Origin: Eledone cirrhosa
Lineage: Eukaryota
Direction of reading: 5' to 3'
Assembly (NCBI GenBank): GCA_964016885.1
Contig: OZ024763.1
Coordinates: 23,188,001-23,252,000 of the forward strand
DNA: 64,000 bases
Position numbers and translations under genes: made by a program. Below the pieces are notes generated by a model, which saw only the letters and a program-made list of their open reading frames with translations, was not told the DNA's origin and made no database searches. Position 1 is the stretch's first letter. Every line of letters begins with the position of its first letter. This document shows positions 41,368 to 53,294 of the stretch, piece by piece.

Positions 41368-44161
41368 TTAACTCTTTAGCATTTAAACCTGCCATATCTG
41401 GCTATTCATACTTATGTTAACTCTTTAGCATTTAAAGCTGCCGTATCTGACCAGAGTTCTCTCTCCTCATTTTGTTCAAACTGGCCGTAGCATGCTGCTC
41501 ATACTTATGTTAACACTTTAGCATTTAAACCTGCCGTATCTGGTCAGAGTTCTCTCCCCTCATTCTGTTCAAACTGGCCATAGCTTGCTGCTCACACTTA
41601 TGTTAAGGTATTGTTATCAAAATAAATAATGCCAAAATCTCATAAATTCGATATTATGTGAGATAAAGCCTTTTCTGGGAACCCCCAAGTCTACTTTTTT
41701 TCATTTATACCCCAGGCACTCCTTTGCAGAACCCTTGGGTTTCGTGTAACCCACTTTGGGAACCACTATGTTATGGTATTGTTCTCAAAATAAATAATAT
41801 CAAAATCTCATAGATTCAATATAAGGTGGGGTAAAGCCTTTACCGTGAAAATACAATAGTATATATAGAGTAATGTAAATGTTATGTGAGATAAAGCCTT
41901 TACTATGAAAATATAATAGTATATATAGAGTAATGTAAATGTTATGTGAGATATTATGTGAGATATAGCCTTTACCGTGAAAATACAATAGTATATATAG
42001 AGTAATGTAAATGTTATGTGAGATATTATGTGAGGTAAAGACTTTACTGTGAAAATATAATAGTATATATAGAGTAATGTAAATGTTATGTGAGATATTA
42101 TGTGAGATATAGCCTTTACCGTGAAAATACAATAGTATATATAGAGTAATGTAAATGTTATGTGAGATATTATGTGAGATATAGCCTTTACCGTGAAAAT
42201 ATAATAGTATATATAGAGTAATGTAAATGTTATGTGAGATATTATGTGAGATATAGCCTTTACCGTGAAAATACAATAGTATATATAGAGTAATGTAAAT
42301 GTTATGTGAGATATTATGTGAGATATAGCCTTTACCGTGAAAATACAATAGTATATATAGAGTAATGTAAATGTTATGTGAGATATTATGTGAGATATAG
42401 CCTTTACCGTGAAAATACAATAGTATATATAGAGTAATGTAAATGTTATGTGAGATATTATGTGAGATATAGCCTTTACCGTGAAAATACAATAGTATAT
42501 ATAGAGTAATGTAAATGTTATGTGAGATATTATGTGAGATATAGCCTTTACCGTGAAAATATAATAGTATATATAGAGTAATGTAAATGTTATGTGAGAT
42601 ATTATGTGAGATATAGCCTTTACCGTGAAAATACAATAGTATATATAGAGTAATGTAAATGTTATGTGAGATATTATGTGAGATAAAGCCTTTACCGTGA
42701 AAATACAATAGTATATATAGAGTAATGTAAATGTTATGTGAGATATTATGTGAGGTAAAGACTTTACTGTGAAAATATAATAGTATATATAGAGTAATGT
42801 AAATGTTATGTGAGATATTATGTGAGATAAAGCCTTTACTGTGAAAATACAATAGTATATATAGAGTAATGTAAATGTTATGTGAGATATTATGTGAGAT
42901 GATGCCTTTACTATGAAAATATAATAGTATGTATAGAGTAATGTAAATGTTATGTGAGATATTATGTGAGGTAAAGCCTTTACTGTGAAAATACAATAGT
43001 ATGTATAGAGTAATGTAAATGTTATGTGAGATATTATGTGAGGTAAAGACTTTACTGTGAAAATACAATAGTATATATAGAGTAATGTAAATGTTATGTG
43101 AGATAAAGCCTTTACTATGAAAATATAATAGTATATATAGAGTAATGTAAATGTTATGTGAGATATTATGTGAGATATAGCCTTTACTGTGAAAATACAA
43201 TAGTATATATAGAGTAATGTAAATGTTATGTGAGATATTATGTGAGATAAAGCCTTTACTGTGAAAATACAATAGTATATATAGAGTAATGTAAATGTTA
43301 TGTGAGATATTATGTGAGATATAGCCTTTACTGTGAAAATACAATAGTATATATAGAGTAATGTAAATGTTATGTGAGATATTATGTGAGATGATGCCTT
43401 TACTATGAAAATATAATAGTATGTATAGAGTAATGTAAATGTTATGTGAGATATTATATGAGGTAAAACCTTTACCGTGAAAATACAATAGTATATATAG
43501 AGTAATGTAAATGTTATGTGAGATATTATGTGAGGTAAAGACTTTACTGTGAAAATACAATAGTATGTATAGAGTAATGTAAATGTTATGTGAGATATTA
43601 TGTGAGGTAAAGCCTTTACTGTGAAAATACAATAGTATATATAGAGTAATGTAAATGTTAGGTGAGATATTATGTGAGGTAAAGACTTTACTGTGAAAAT
43701 ACAATAGTATATATAGAGTAATGTAAATGTTATGTGAGATATTATGTGAGGTAAAGTCTTTACTGTGAAAATACAATAGTATATATAGAGTAATGTAAAT
43801 GTTATGTGAGATATTATGTGAGGTAAAGCCTTTACTGTGAAAGTACAATAGTATATATAGAGTAATGTAAATGTTATGTGAGATATTATATGAGGTAAAA
43901 CCTTTACCGTGAAAATACAATAGTATATATAGAGTAATGTAAATGTTAGGTGAGATATTATGTGAGGTAAAGACTTTACTGTGAAAATACAATAGTATGT
44001 ATAGAGTAATGTAAATGTTATGTGAGATATTATGTGAGGTAAAGACTTTACTGTGAAAATACAATAGTATATATAGAGTAATGTAAATGTTATGTGAGGT
44101 AAAGCCTTTACTGTGAAAATATAATAGTATATATAGAGTAATGTAAATGTTAATGGGTTAA
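41368..44161. mobile_element. TTAA-bounded (piggyBac-like) MITE with reiterated left ends and an internal 72-bp array
   Basis: Left ends TTAAC[T/A]CTTTAGCATTTAAA at 41368, 41417 and 41510; right end TAAATGTTAATGGGTTAA at 44161. Colinear with the unexpanded copy at 63576-63872. Confidence 0.75.
41830..44150. repeat. 72-bp tandem array (~32 copies, some 60-bp variants)
   Basis: Lines 42121 and 42481 are identical (5x72). The 24-aa periodic ORF on the minus strand is a by-product. Confidence 0.97.
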
Positions 44162-44689
44162 TTCCCTATATAAGTAAGTACCAGTAATACACTGAGGGGG
44201 AGAAAATGATAGAAGTGTTGTGTTTGAATTCTTTCTTTCCTATCAATGCAGCTCTATGTTGTTGTTGCTACTGTTGTTGTTGGGCGTACATTGGTTCCGA
44301 TGACGAGTGTTCCAGCAGGACAGCCTAACAACCTGCACATGTATTCCACAGATCACGTGTACCTTTAACATAGTTCTCAGTGAGATTCAGCATGACACAG
44401 TGTGGAATGTGACAAAGCTGGACTTTTCTGTTGCACATACAACCACATTTTGTTTTCTCTAGCTGAGCGGACTGGAGCAACATGAAATTTTATTTAATTT
44501 AACCCTTTAGCATTTATATAATATCATCATCATCATCATCATCATCATCGTAAAACAGTCTAACCCACGCTAGCATGGGTTAGGCGCTTTTGTTCCATTT
44601 GATGCAGGAATGGTCGAGAGACCATGTCTCGCTCGCACAGTAGGTTTTTTTACAGCTGAATGCTCTTCCTAACACCAAACACATTTACA

Positions 44690-44930
44690 TCATCACGGTT
44701 TAATGTCCATCTTCCACGCTAGCATGGGTTAGATGGGTTTGTCCTATTGGAGGCAAGTTGGATCGTGTGACCATATATCGCTCGTATAGGACAGTTTCTG
44801 GCTGGTTTTCTATGGCTGGATGTCCTTCCTAACGCCAACCACATTGACAGTGTGTGCTGAGTGCTTTTTACTGCATCTTTTACATGACCACTTACAGAGT
44901 GGGCGGGATGTTTTATGGTACCAACACAAC
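44690..44930 (-). mobile_element. SINE / RTE 3'-UTR fragment
   Basis: TTTAATGTCCATCTTCCACGCTAGCATGGGTTAGA..GGATGTCCTTCCTAACGCCAACC; a similar shorter piece lies at ~44525-44690. Confidence 0.75.
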
Positions 44931-45032
44931 ACACACACACATATATATATATATATACATACACACATACACACACAGATATATATATATATATATCGTT
45001 AACTTCTGTGTGTATATATATATATATATATA

Positions 45033-45263
45033 GACATGTGATGCACATGGAGGATGACCGCTGGGTAAAGAAGTGCCAAGAAATCCCAGTAGAAGGAAGA
45101 CGTGGTAGAGGAAGACCACAAAAAACACGGGCGGAGGTGGTAAGAGCAGACCTCGGATCGCTGAAACTCACCGAGGAGATGACAAAGGACTGTGACAAGT
45201 GGAGAGATGCTGTGCTGAATAAGACCCGTCCCACCCTTGCAAGCAGGGAAAAACGTATGTGGA

Positions 45264-45295
<32 letters not shown>
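45033..45295 (+). mobile_element. RTE LINE 3' fragment (subfamily B)
   Basis: HVMHMEDDRWVKKCQEIPVEGRRGRGRPQKT..DKWRDAV; (GAT)n tail. Confidence 0.9.
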
Positions 45296-45374
45296 ATATA
45301 TATATAATTGGTGTGGGATGCTTAAAGCGTCCGTATGCGGTAGGCCGTTTGATCACTCTGCTTCTAAGAATCAA

Positions 45375-45461
45375 GACGTATCTGAGGATCTTGCGATTTC
45401 AGTCGATCATTGCATCGATCGTGCCTGGAGCTGGTCGCCAGAGAAACGGTTGTAATATGTC
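45375..45461 (+). ncRNA. Complete type I hammerhead ribozyme with extended stem II
   Basis: gacgtat-CTGAGGA-tct...aga-GAAA-cggttg-TA-atatgtc; 7-bp stem I, GUA cleavage triplet. Lies within element 45304-45510. Confidence 0.85.
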
Positions 45462-45583
45462 TAATAAATTTTATTCATCGCACCACTGATTCTCCATTTC
45501 TTATGTGATACATATATATATATATATATAACCAAGACTGGAATTGAACCATCAGCACAGTTGAGATATGTCAGACATCAATT

Positions 45584-45649
45584 TATTTTATCTGATGAGG
45601 ACGTACTGAGGAAACAGCACAGTACCTCTGAAATATATATAATAAAATA
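45584..45649 (+). ncRNA. Complete type I hammerhead ribozyme
   Basis: tattttat-CTGATGA-ggacgtactg..cagtacctct-GAAA-tatata-TA-ataaaata; 8-bp stem I, palindromic stem III. Confidence 0.85.
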
Positions 45650-45709
45650 TATTTGATCACATGAATGTCTATATTTATTAATATTTTTAATTAATATATA
45701 TATATATAT

Positions 45710-46170
45710 ACACCTCTCCAAGACAATGTCACTGGACCAAGATCTTTGGCGCTACACAGTAATAGAGAAGACCCGCCTTACCTAAGTACAAAGTGAAACC
45801 TAGTCAGTAGGCACCTCTAACAAAATACACCCCCGTCCCACTACCCCCACCCCATCCACACCACCCCTTTCAATGTAATGTTATGTTGGTGCCACAACAT
45901 CCAGCCCGAAACAAATGAGGTCGTGTAGGTGTCACGACAAAAAAACACACAGTCCACGCTGTAATGTGGCCGTGTAGGTAACACGGTAAAAACCTCCCAG
46001 TTCCACACTGTAAATGTGGTTGGTGATAGGAAGGGCATCCAGCCGTAGAAAGCCCGCCAGGCAGTCCTATGCAAGCAAGACAACCACTCTTGTCTCAAGT
46101 GGGAAAACTCCCGTCCAAACCCATGCAAGCGTGGAAAATGGACGTTAAACGATGATGATGATGATGATGA
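45710..46170 (+). mobile_element. RTE LINE 3' end with long UTR (subfamily A)
   Basis: Colinear with 47510-47998; (GAT)n tail. Confidence 0.85.
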
Positions 46171-46307
46171 TCGTTTAACGTCCATTTTCCACGCTTGCAT
46201 ATATATATATATATATATATGCATATATATATATATATATATTGTTATACTTGGGGAGGGTCATATTTGTGTAATATTGCCAGAATTAATAACAGAACCT
46301 CGCAAAA

Positions 46308-46342
<35 letters not shown>

Positions 46343-46475
46343 AGAAAGTGAGGTTTTTTTTACAAAATGAAAAATAACTGAGGTGTCCTACACGAGTGAA
46401 AGTATAAAGAAAAAAAGATGAAATCGAAAATGCAACTGGAGTCTTATTTTTAAAAAAATATATATATTTATTTGG

Positions 46476-47311
46476 TTCCTTTACCGGTTTCGCAGTTTTT
46501 CTGCTTTTCAAAAGTAGAGTTGAGATGGAAGGTCTGTGGTTTTTCTCACATCTGGTTGGTCTCTAAATGTTACTTGTTTTATATTGAAAAAAGTGGCTCG
46601 AAATGCCAGGTTTTTAGAGAAGAAATTGGTTGGTCAATGATTATAATAAATTTTGCGCCAGTTCGCGTTACAAAGTTACAAAGTAAAAAAAAGCCTTCAT
46701 GAGCCCCTTTTTTTAAGTAAAAAGAAATTCGAACACACACACACAACCACACAAATAAACATACATATCTTTACTTTCTTTATTTTAATAGAAAATCTGA
46801 ATTCTGACACCCCAGCGAACTAACCATATTCACTGAACCAGAACAATTCTCCCATCCCATTTCTCTTGACCATTATCTTTTGCTTGTCATAAAATTCTCT
46901 AAAAAGGCTACAGAATAGATTTCCAAATAAGGGCGCGGAAATTTAATGAAAACTTGTTCACGTGACAGCCATAATTTCATTTATAACCAATCAAATTACG
47001 TTTATTAAAAAAAAGCCTTCGTGAGCCCCTTTTTTTTAAGTAAAAAGAAATTCAAACACTCATATATGAAAAAACAACCTGTGCCCCCCCCACCTCCTGT
47101 TTGAAGAACTTTGTAACGCGAACTGGCGCGAAATTTATTATAATTATTGACCAACCAATCAAATTACTTCTCTAAAAACCTGGCATTTCGAGCCACTTTT
47201 TTCCATATAAAACAAGTAACATTCAGAGACCAAACAGATGTGAGAAAAACCAGACCCTCCATCTCAACTCTACTTTTGAAAAGCAGAAGAACTGCGAAAC
47301 CGGTAAAGGAA
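46476..47311. mobile_element. MITE / fold-back DNA element with ~200-bp inverted repeats
   Basis: 46476-46677 is an imperfect reverse complement of 47107-47311. An internal ~50-bp direct repeat sits at 46686 and 47008. Confidence 0.85.
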
Positions 47312-47313
47312 TC

Positions 47314-47998
47314 AAGTGAGAAATTAGGAATAAGAGGGATCAGATGCTGTTTACTCGAGAGAAGACTACGTTGGTAGGGCCACGTGATGCACATGAAAGA
47401 CGAAAGCTGTATAAAAAAGTGCAGGGTGATCAAAATTGATGGTAGTTACGGAGTAGGTAGACCCAGAAAAAACTGGGACGATCTGATAAATTCCGACCTT
47501 ACACACTTGCACCTCTCTAAGACAATGTCACTGGACCAAGATCTTTGGCGCTACGCAGTAATACAGAAGACCCGCCTTGCCTATGTACAAAGCGAAACCT
47601 ACAGTCAGTAGGCACCTCTTAACCAAATATACACCCCAATCCACTACCCCTACCCTATCCTCCCACTCCCACCAACACCACCCTCTCTCTGTAAAGTTGG
47701 TACCACAACATCCAGTCCAAATAAATGAGATAATGAGATCGAGATTGTGTAGGTGTCACGAGAAAAAAAACACACAGTCTACGCTGTAATGTGGCCGTGT
47801 AGGTAACACGGTAAAAAGGTCCCAGTCCACACTGTAAATGTGGTTGGTGTTAGGAAGGGCATCCAGCCGTAGAAAATCTGCCAGATAGTTCTATACGAGC
47901 GAGACACGGTCACCTGACTAATCTTGCCTCAAGTGGGACATTTCCCGTCTAACCCATGCTAACGGGGAAGATGGACGTTAAATGATGATGATGATGAT
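47314..47998 (+). mobile_element. RTE LINE 3' fragment with full 3' UTR (subfamily A)
   Basis: SEKLGIRGIRCCLLERRLRW*GHVMHM..GRPRKNWDDLI..DQDLWR; near-identical to 30503-30675. Confidence 0.92.
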
Positions 47999-48039
47999 AT
48001 ATATATATATACACACACACATATATTTATAAATATACC

Positions 48040-48373
48040 ATGGAGGCACATGGCTTAGTGGTTAGAGCAGTGGCCTTGCAATCGAAAGGTTGTGAGTTCA
48101 ATTCTCAGACCGGGTGATGTGTTGTTTCCTTGAGCAAGACACTTTATTTCACATTGCTCCAATTTACTCAGCTGTAGAAATGAGATGATAGGGACTGGGG
48201 TCCCTATCATTCCACTGCAAAGTGGACGTGGAGGTGCCACGGCAAAAAAGCACCCAGCACTCACTGTAAATGAGGTTGGTGTTAGGAAGGGCATTCAGCT
48301 GTAGAAATCAAGCCAGAATCAGTTCCCGTACCACTCTTGCAAGCAAGGAAAAGCGGACGTAAAATGATGATGA
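48040..48373 (+). mobile_element. tRNA-headed CORE-like SINE with RTE tail
   Basis: Near-identical to 31915-32253. Confidence 0.9.
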
Positions 48374-49199
48374 TACCACCTCTATTTTACAACTATTTTC
48401 CACTCTAGCATGGGTTAGACAGCTAGACAGACACACACACACACAAACACACATATATATATACACATACACAAACACACACATATATATATATACACAC
48501 ACACACATATATATATACACACAAACACATATATATATATATATACACACAAATACACATGTATATATATATATATACACACACACACAAGCACCCACAT
48601 ATACATATATATAGGTGTGTGTGTGTTTTACAGTGAGATGCCCTACCTGGTGCCAACTCTTTCTGTCACCTCTAACGACATACAGGTATAGTCTACCTAT
48701 TCTAAACAGGAGACAAACCACAACACTAACAATAACATATTCTATGTAAGGGTGTGGTGTTCCTCGTTAGGTATTTTCATTTTCTCATCTTTAATGGGAA
48801 TTTCTGCAGCTAATTATATCACGCCTTTCACTGAAACATGTGCTTGGAAGATGGTCACACCCTACATGAACACACACACGTGTACAGACACACACAGACA
48901 CAGAGATACACATACACACAAAAATACACACACACACACACACATAAATACACACAGGCACAAAAATACACACGCAGACAAATACAGATACTTACAAAGA
49001 TGCACACTTATACACACACACATACACACACCCTTCACACATACACATGCATGCAGACACACACATGTACACACATACACATAGATGCGCGCACACATAT
49101 ACACATGAGCACACATGCACACACATACACACCCACACACAAAAAGTGACACACATATAGAAATACACACATACACATATGCACTGATTTAGACACAAG

Positions 49200-49878
49200 A
49201 TCAACAATTTCGAGGGTCGGGATAGTCAATTAAATCGACCCCAGTGTGTTACTGGTACTTTATTTTATCGACCTCAGCGGGATTTGAAGTCAGAACGTAG
49301 AAAGTCTTAACAAAATGACCGAAAAACATTTTGTCTAACGCTCCACCGATCCTGTCCTGATTTGAGCTTAATAATTGTTTCTACTTTAGGCACAAGGCCA
49401 GCAAATACCCAGTGCATTACTGGTACTTTATTTTATCGACCCCTGTAAGGATAAAAGGCAAAGTTAACCTCGGTGGGATTTGAACTCAGATCATAAAGGG
49501 CTGTAACTCTATGCTGCAAAGCATGGCATCCAACCCTCTACTGATACTACCAATCCACCGCCCTCATATATAATAATAATAATGGTTTCTACTTTAGGCA
49601 CAAGGCCAGCAATCACCCAGTACATTACTGGTACTTTATTTTATCGACCCCGTAAGGATGAAAGGCAAAGTTAACCTCGGCGGGATTTGAACTCAGAATG
49701 GCAAGGGCCGTAACTCTATGCTACAAAGCATGGGGTCAGACCCTCTACCGATACTGCCATCCACCGCCCTTAATGGTTTCTTATATAGGCACAAGGCCAG
49801 CAATTTTGGGGGAGGGGAAAGTCGATTAAATCGACCCCAGTGCGTGACTGGTACTTTATTTTGTCAACCCCGTAAGGA
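49200..49878 (-). mobile_element. Cluster of four OK-like SINE copies or fragments in the same orientation
   Basis: Repeated TTTCT..GGCACAAGGCCAGC..CTGGTACTTTATTTTATCGACCCC..GATTTGAACTCAGA..CCACCGCCC. Confidence 0.88.
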
Positions 49879-50084
49879 GTTATATTTATAAATAATAATA
49901 ATGAAATTATTGTGTACAGTGCTCAGGTGCACTACAACTCATCAAAGGTGCATAAATTCTTGATAATCTTTTTTTCTCCAAAATATTTGAAAATGTGTGT
50001 ATTTTTGTCTTAGGCAGTTGGGTATAAAAAAGGGTTAATGTTAAATTTGGCTGCTATTTCTAGCAGGAAAAGTGGTCGTACAGA

Positions 50085-50890
50085 GGCTATCTAGGTGGCT
50101 TCTAATTAAATTATGTGAATATGTATGAGGTGTAGAAGTGGCCATACTGGGGTAATCTCGTTAGCTTCTAGTTAAATACGTGAATATGTATGAGGTGTAG
50201 AAGTGGCCATACTGGGGCAATCTGGGTGGCTTCTAATTAAATACGTGAATATGTATGAGGTGTAGAAGTGGCCATACTGGGGCAATCTGGGTGGCTTCTA
50301 ATTAAATTATGTGAATATGTATGAGGTGTAGAAGTGGCCATACTGGGGCAATCTGGGTGGCTTCTAATTAAATTATGTGAATATGTATGAGGTGTAGAAG
50401 TGGCCATACTGGGGTAATCTGGGTGGCTTCTAGTTAAATTATGTGAATATGTATGAGGTGTAGAAGTGGCCATACTGGGGTAATCTGGGTGGCTTCTAAT
50501 TAAATTATGTGAATATGTATGAGGTGTAAAAGTGGCCATACTGGAGCTATCTCGTTAGCTGCTAATTAAATACATATGTATGAGGTGTAGAAGTGGCCAT
50601 ACTGGGGCTATCTAGGTGGCTTCTAATTAAGTAGAGGAAGACCACGAAAAACATGGGCGGAGGTGGTGAGAGCAGACCTCAGATTGCTGAAGCTCACAGA
50701 GGAGATGACGAAGGACCATGACAAGTGGAGAGATGCTGTGCTGAATAGGACCCGTCCCACCCTTGCAAGCAGGGAAAAGGGGATATAAAATGATGATGAT
50801 GATGATGATGAATATGTATGAGGTGTAGAAGTGGCCATACTGAGGCTATCTAGGTGGATTCTAATTAAATTACGTGAATATGTATGAGGT
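50085..50890. repeat. 66-bp tandem array interrupted by an RTE 3' fragment
   Basis: Unit AATTAAATTATGTGAATATGTATGAGGTGTAGAAGTGGCCATACTGGGGCAATCTGGGTGGCTTCT. Confidence 0.95.
50631..50810 (+). mobile_element. RTE LINE 3' fragment (subfamily B) inserted in the 66-bp array
   Basis: Matches 45105-45295; (GAT)n tail. Confidence 0.9.
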
Positions 50891-51333
50891 TATGAATATT
50901 CAACATGTATAAAACAAGTAATTCCATTCTGAAATATGTTAATGGAGGACAGAACCATGGATGGGTGACCTGACAGCTACAATACCTTTGCTTAACAGGC
51001 AATGCCTTGTATTTATCTCAATCAGAACACACCATTATGTCTATATCAGGAATATATAAATAAATAAATAACATTTGAAATTTACAGCGTGTGTGTGCGT
51101 GTTTGCGTGTATATATATTTATGTGTGTGTGTGTGTGGATAAAGAAAGTGCTCAAACGCAGAAATCCTTCTAGATACCAGCTATATAGCGGGTATCTGGA
51201 AGATATGGGGCTTCAATTCCTCATAGCTGCCAATGGCAACTTCTTTTTCCGTTTTTTAAGGGTTTTCACCCTATTTTATAAGATATCTTTATAGCATTTC
51301 TGTGCTTGAGCGCTTTATTTATATATATATATA

Positions 51334-51422
<89 letters not shown>

Positions 51423-51683
51423 GTATATATATATGTGTATATATATATATATGTGTATGTATATATATATATATTAAAATAACAGATTAAAGTTTAAGCA
51501 AAGAATCGCTGCTGTCACCCTTAACGGGATCTTCTGAAACTAAAAAAATTATTATTATTATTATTATATATATATATATGAATGCACATACATATATATA
51601 TATACATCATCTAACCCATGCTAGCGTGGAAGGTGGACGTTAAATGACGATAATGATATATATATATATAAAAAATATATATA

Positions 51684-52233
51684 TAACCTTGGTCTTCCTC
51701 TTCCAGTGTGTCCATGTAGGGGCTCCCACAGGAGCACTGAGTGCAATGTCAACTCTGGATGTCGGTGAGCATGTCCAGCCAACCTCAGCCTCCTCTGTGT
51801 CACTTTTGAGCTGACTTTTGGGAGGCTCCCATACAGCTCTGAGTTTTTCTTCCTCAGTGTATACTGATTAATGTTCAGAGCCATCCTCAGCATTCTCGTG
51901 TAGCACCCATCCACCATCTGAGTGAGTTTCTTGGTCAGTGTCCAAGTCTCAGACCCGTACAGCAGCACAGACTCCACTACAGCAATTAAGAGGCGGATTT
52001 TCGGGTCTTTACGAAGGTCCGACTTCCACACCGATCTCAAGCTGTGGCACGCCGCCCAGGCTTTGCTCTTCCGCTCAACCACATCATCTTCTGTATTCCC
52101 AAGGTTAACATATGTTGATGCCCTAAGGACAGACACTGGTCTGTTGGAGACGCAGGACATGGCAGCGATAATGAGGGACAGAGACCGCTGGAGAGAACTC
52201 GTCCATGGATCTTGGGAATTTTACCCGCCCTAG
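51684..52233. mobile_element. RTE-type LINE fragment with 5' inversion (third subfamily)
   Basis: Minus strand 52098-51684: ..VESVLLYGSETWTLT..RLRLAGH..GRGRPRL. Plus strand 52099-52233 continues PRLTYVDALRTDTGL..MRDRDRWRELV. Confidence 0.88.
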
Positions 52234-52248
52234 AATGTGTATATATAC

Positions 52249-52312
<64 letters not shown>

Positions 52313-52718
52313 CACATATATATACAAACATATATATATATATTATATATACACATATATATACAAACCTTAACTTTACATTATTTTTCTCTTCGTTAAT
52401 TTTCAAATTCTTTTAATTTATACATTATCTTCCAACGGTTTTTCAACCTCTCTATGTAAAACAATATATTTTTCTCAGTTATAGAAGCTATCTCTCTCTC
52501 TGTATCACCCATCTCTCCTCCTATCTCATCCTTCCTCATTATACCCCCGCCCCGCCACTTTTTACTCTCATCTCCTCTTTTCATCCGTTCCACCCCACCC
52601 CACCCCCCTCAACATTTTTTCCCCCCAATATCACACATCAATCTAAAACTACTTTTCATATGTTGATTTAAAACTGCACTATCCACAAGTGTTTTTTAAC
52701 CTTCATATCATGTCTTCC

Positions 52719-52789
52719 TATTTTATCTGATGAAAACACAAATGTTATTGCATGATGATATTTGTTTTTGAAATGCGCATAATAAAATA
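52719..52789 (+). ncRNA. Complete type I hammerhead ribozyme
   Basis: tattttat-CTGATGA-aaacacaaatgttatt gcat gatgatatttgttttt-GAAA-tgcgca-TA-ataaaata. Confidence 0.87.
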
Positions 52790-53259
52790 CATGGAACTCT
52801 TTTAACCATCTTTTGATCTTATATATTACACACATATATATGTGTATATATAATATATATATATGTATTTATATGTGTGTGTGTATATATATATATATGC
52901 AATGGTCTAGAAAAGAAAGAGAGATCGGGAGAGTGAGAGCAAGAGAGAGCCTCATAATTATGCGAGAAAAAGGCTGACATTATCATAATTATCAACAAAG
53001 AAATAGTTGTGTGAACAGGCCAAGGAACTGGACATCTTGTTCCCACAGAGTCAAGGATTTTTATTAGGGTCATATATATAAATCCCTATTGTCAATTCTC
53101 CTATATCATCATCATCATGTTTATTGTGTGTGTGTATATATATATATATATTTATACAATAAGAAGTTACATATATATATGTGTGTGGGTATATATCATT
53201 TGCGTTTCAGCCGAAGAGCTGAGACCATGCTGGGGCACTGCCACTGATACATATATATT

Positions 53260-53291
<32 letters not shown>

Positions 53292-53294
<3 letters not shown>

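Noticed and set aside
41800-44064. 754-aa ORF with a 24-aa period
   Set aside because: Translation of the 72-bp array inside a MITE; no unique domain or credible start.
50237-50539. 22-aa periodic ORF
   Set aside because: By-product of the 66-bp tandem array.
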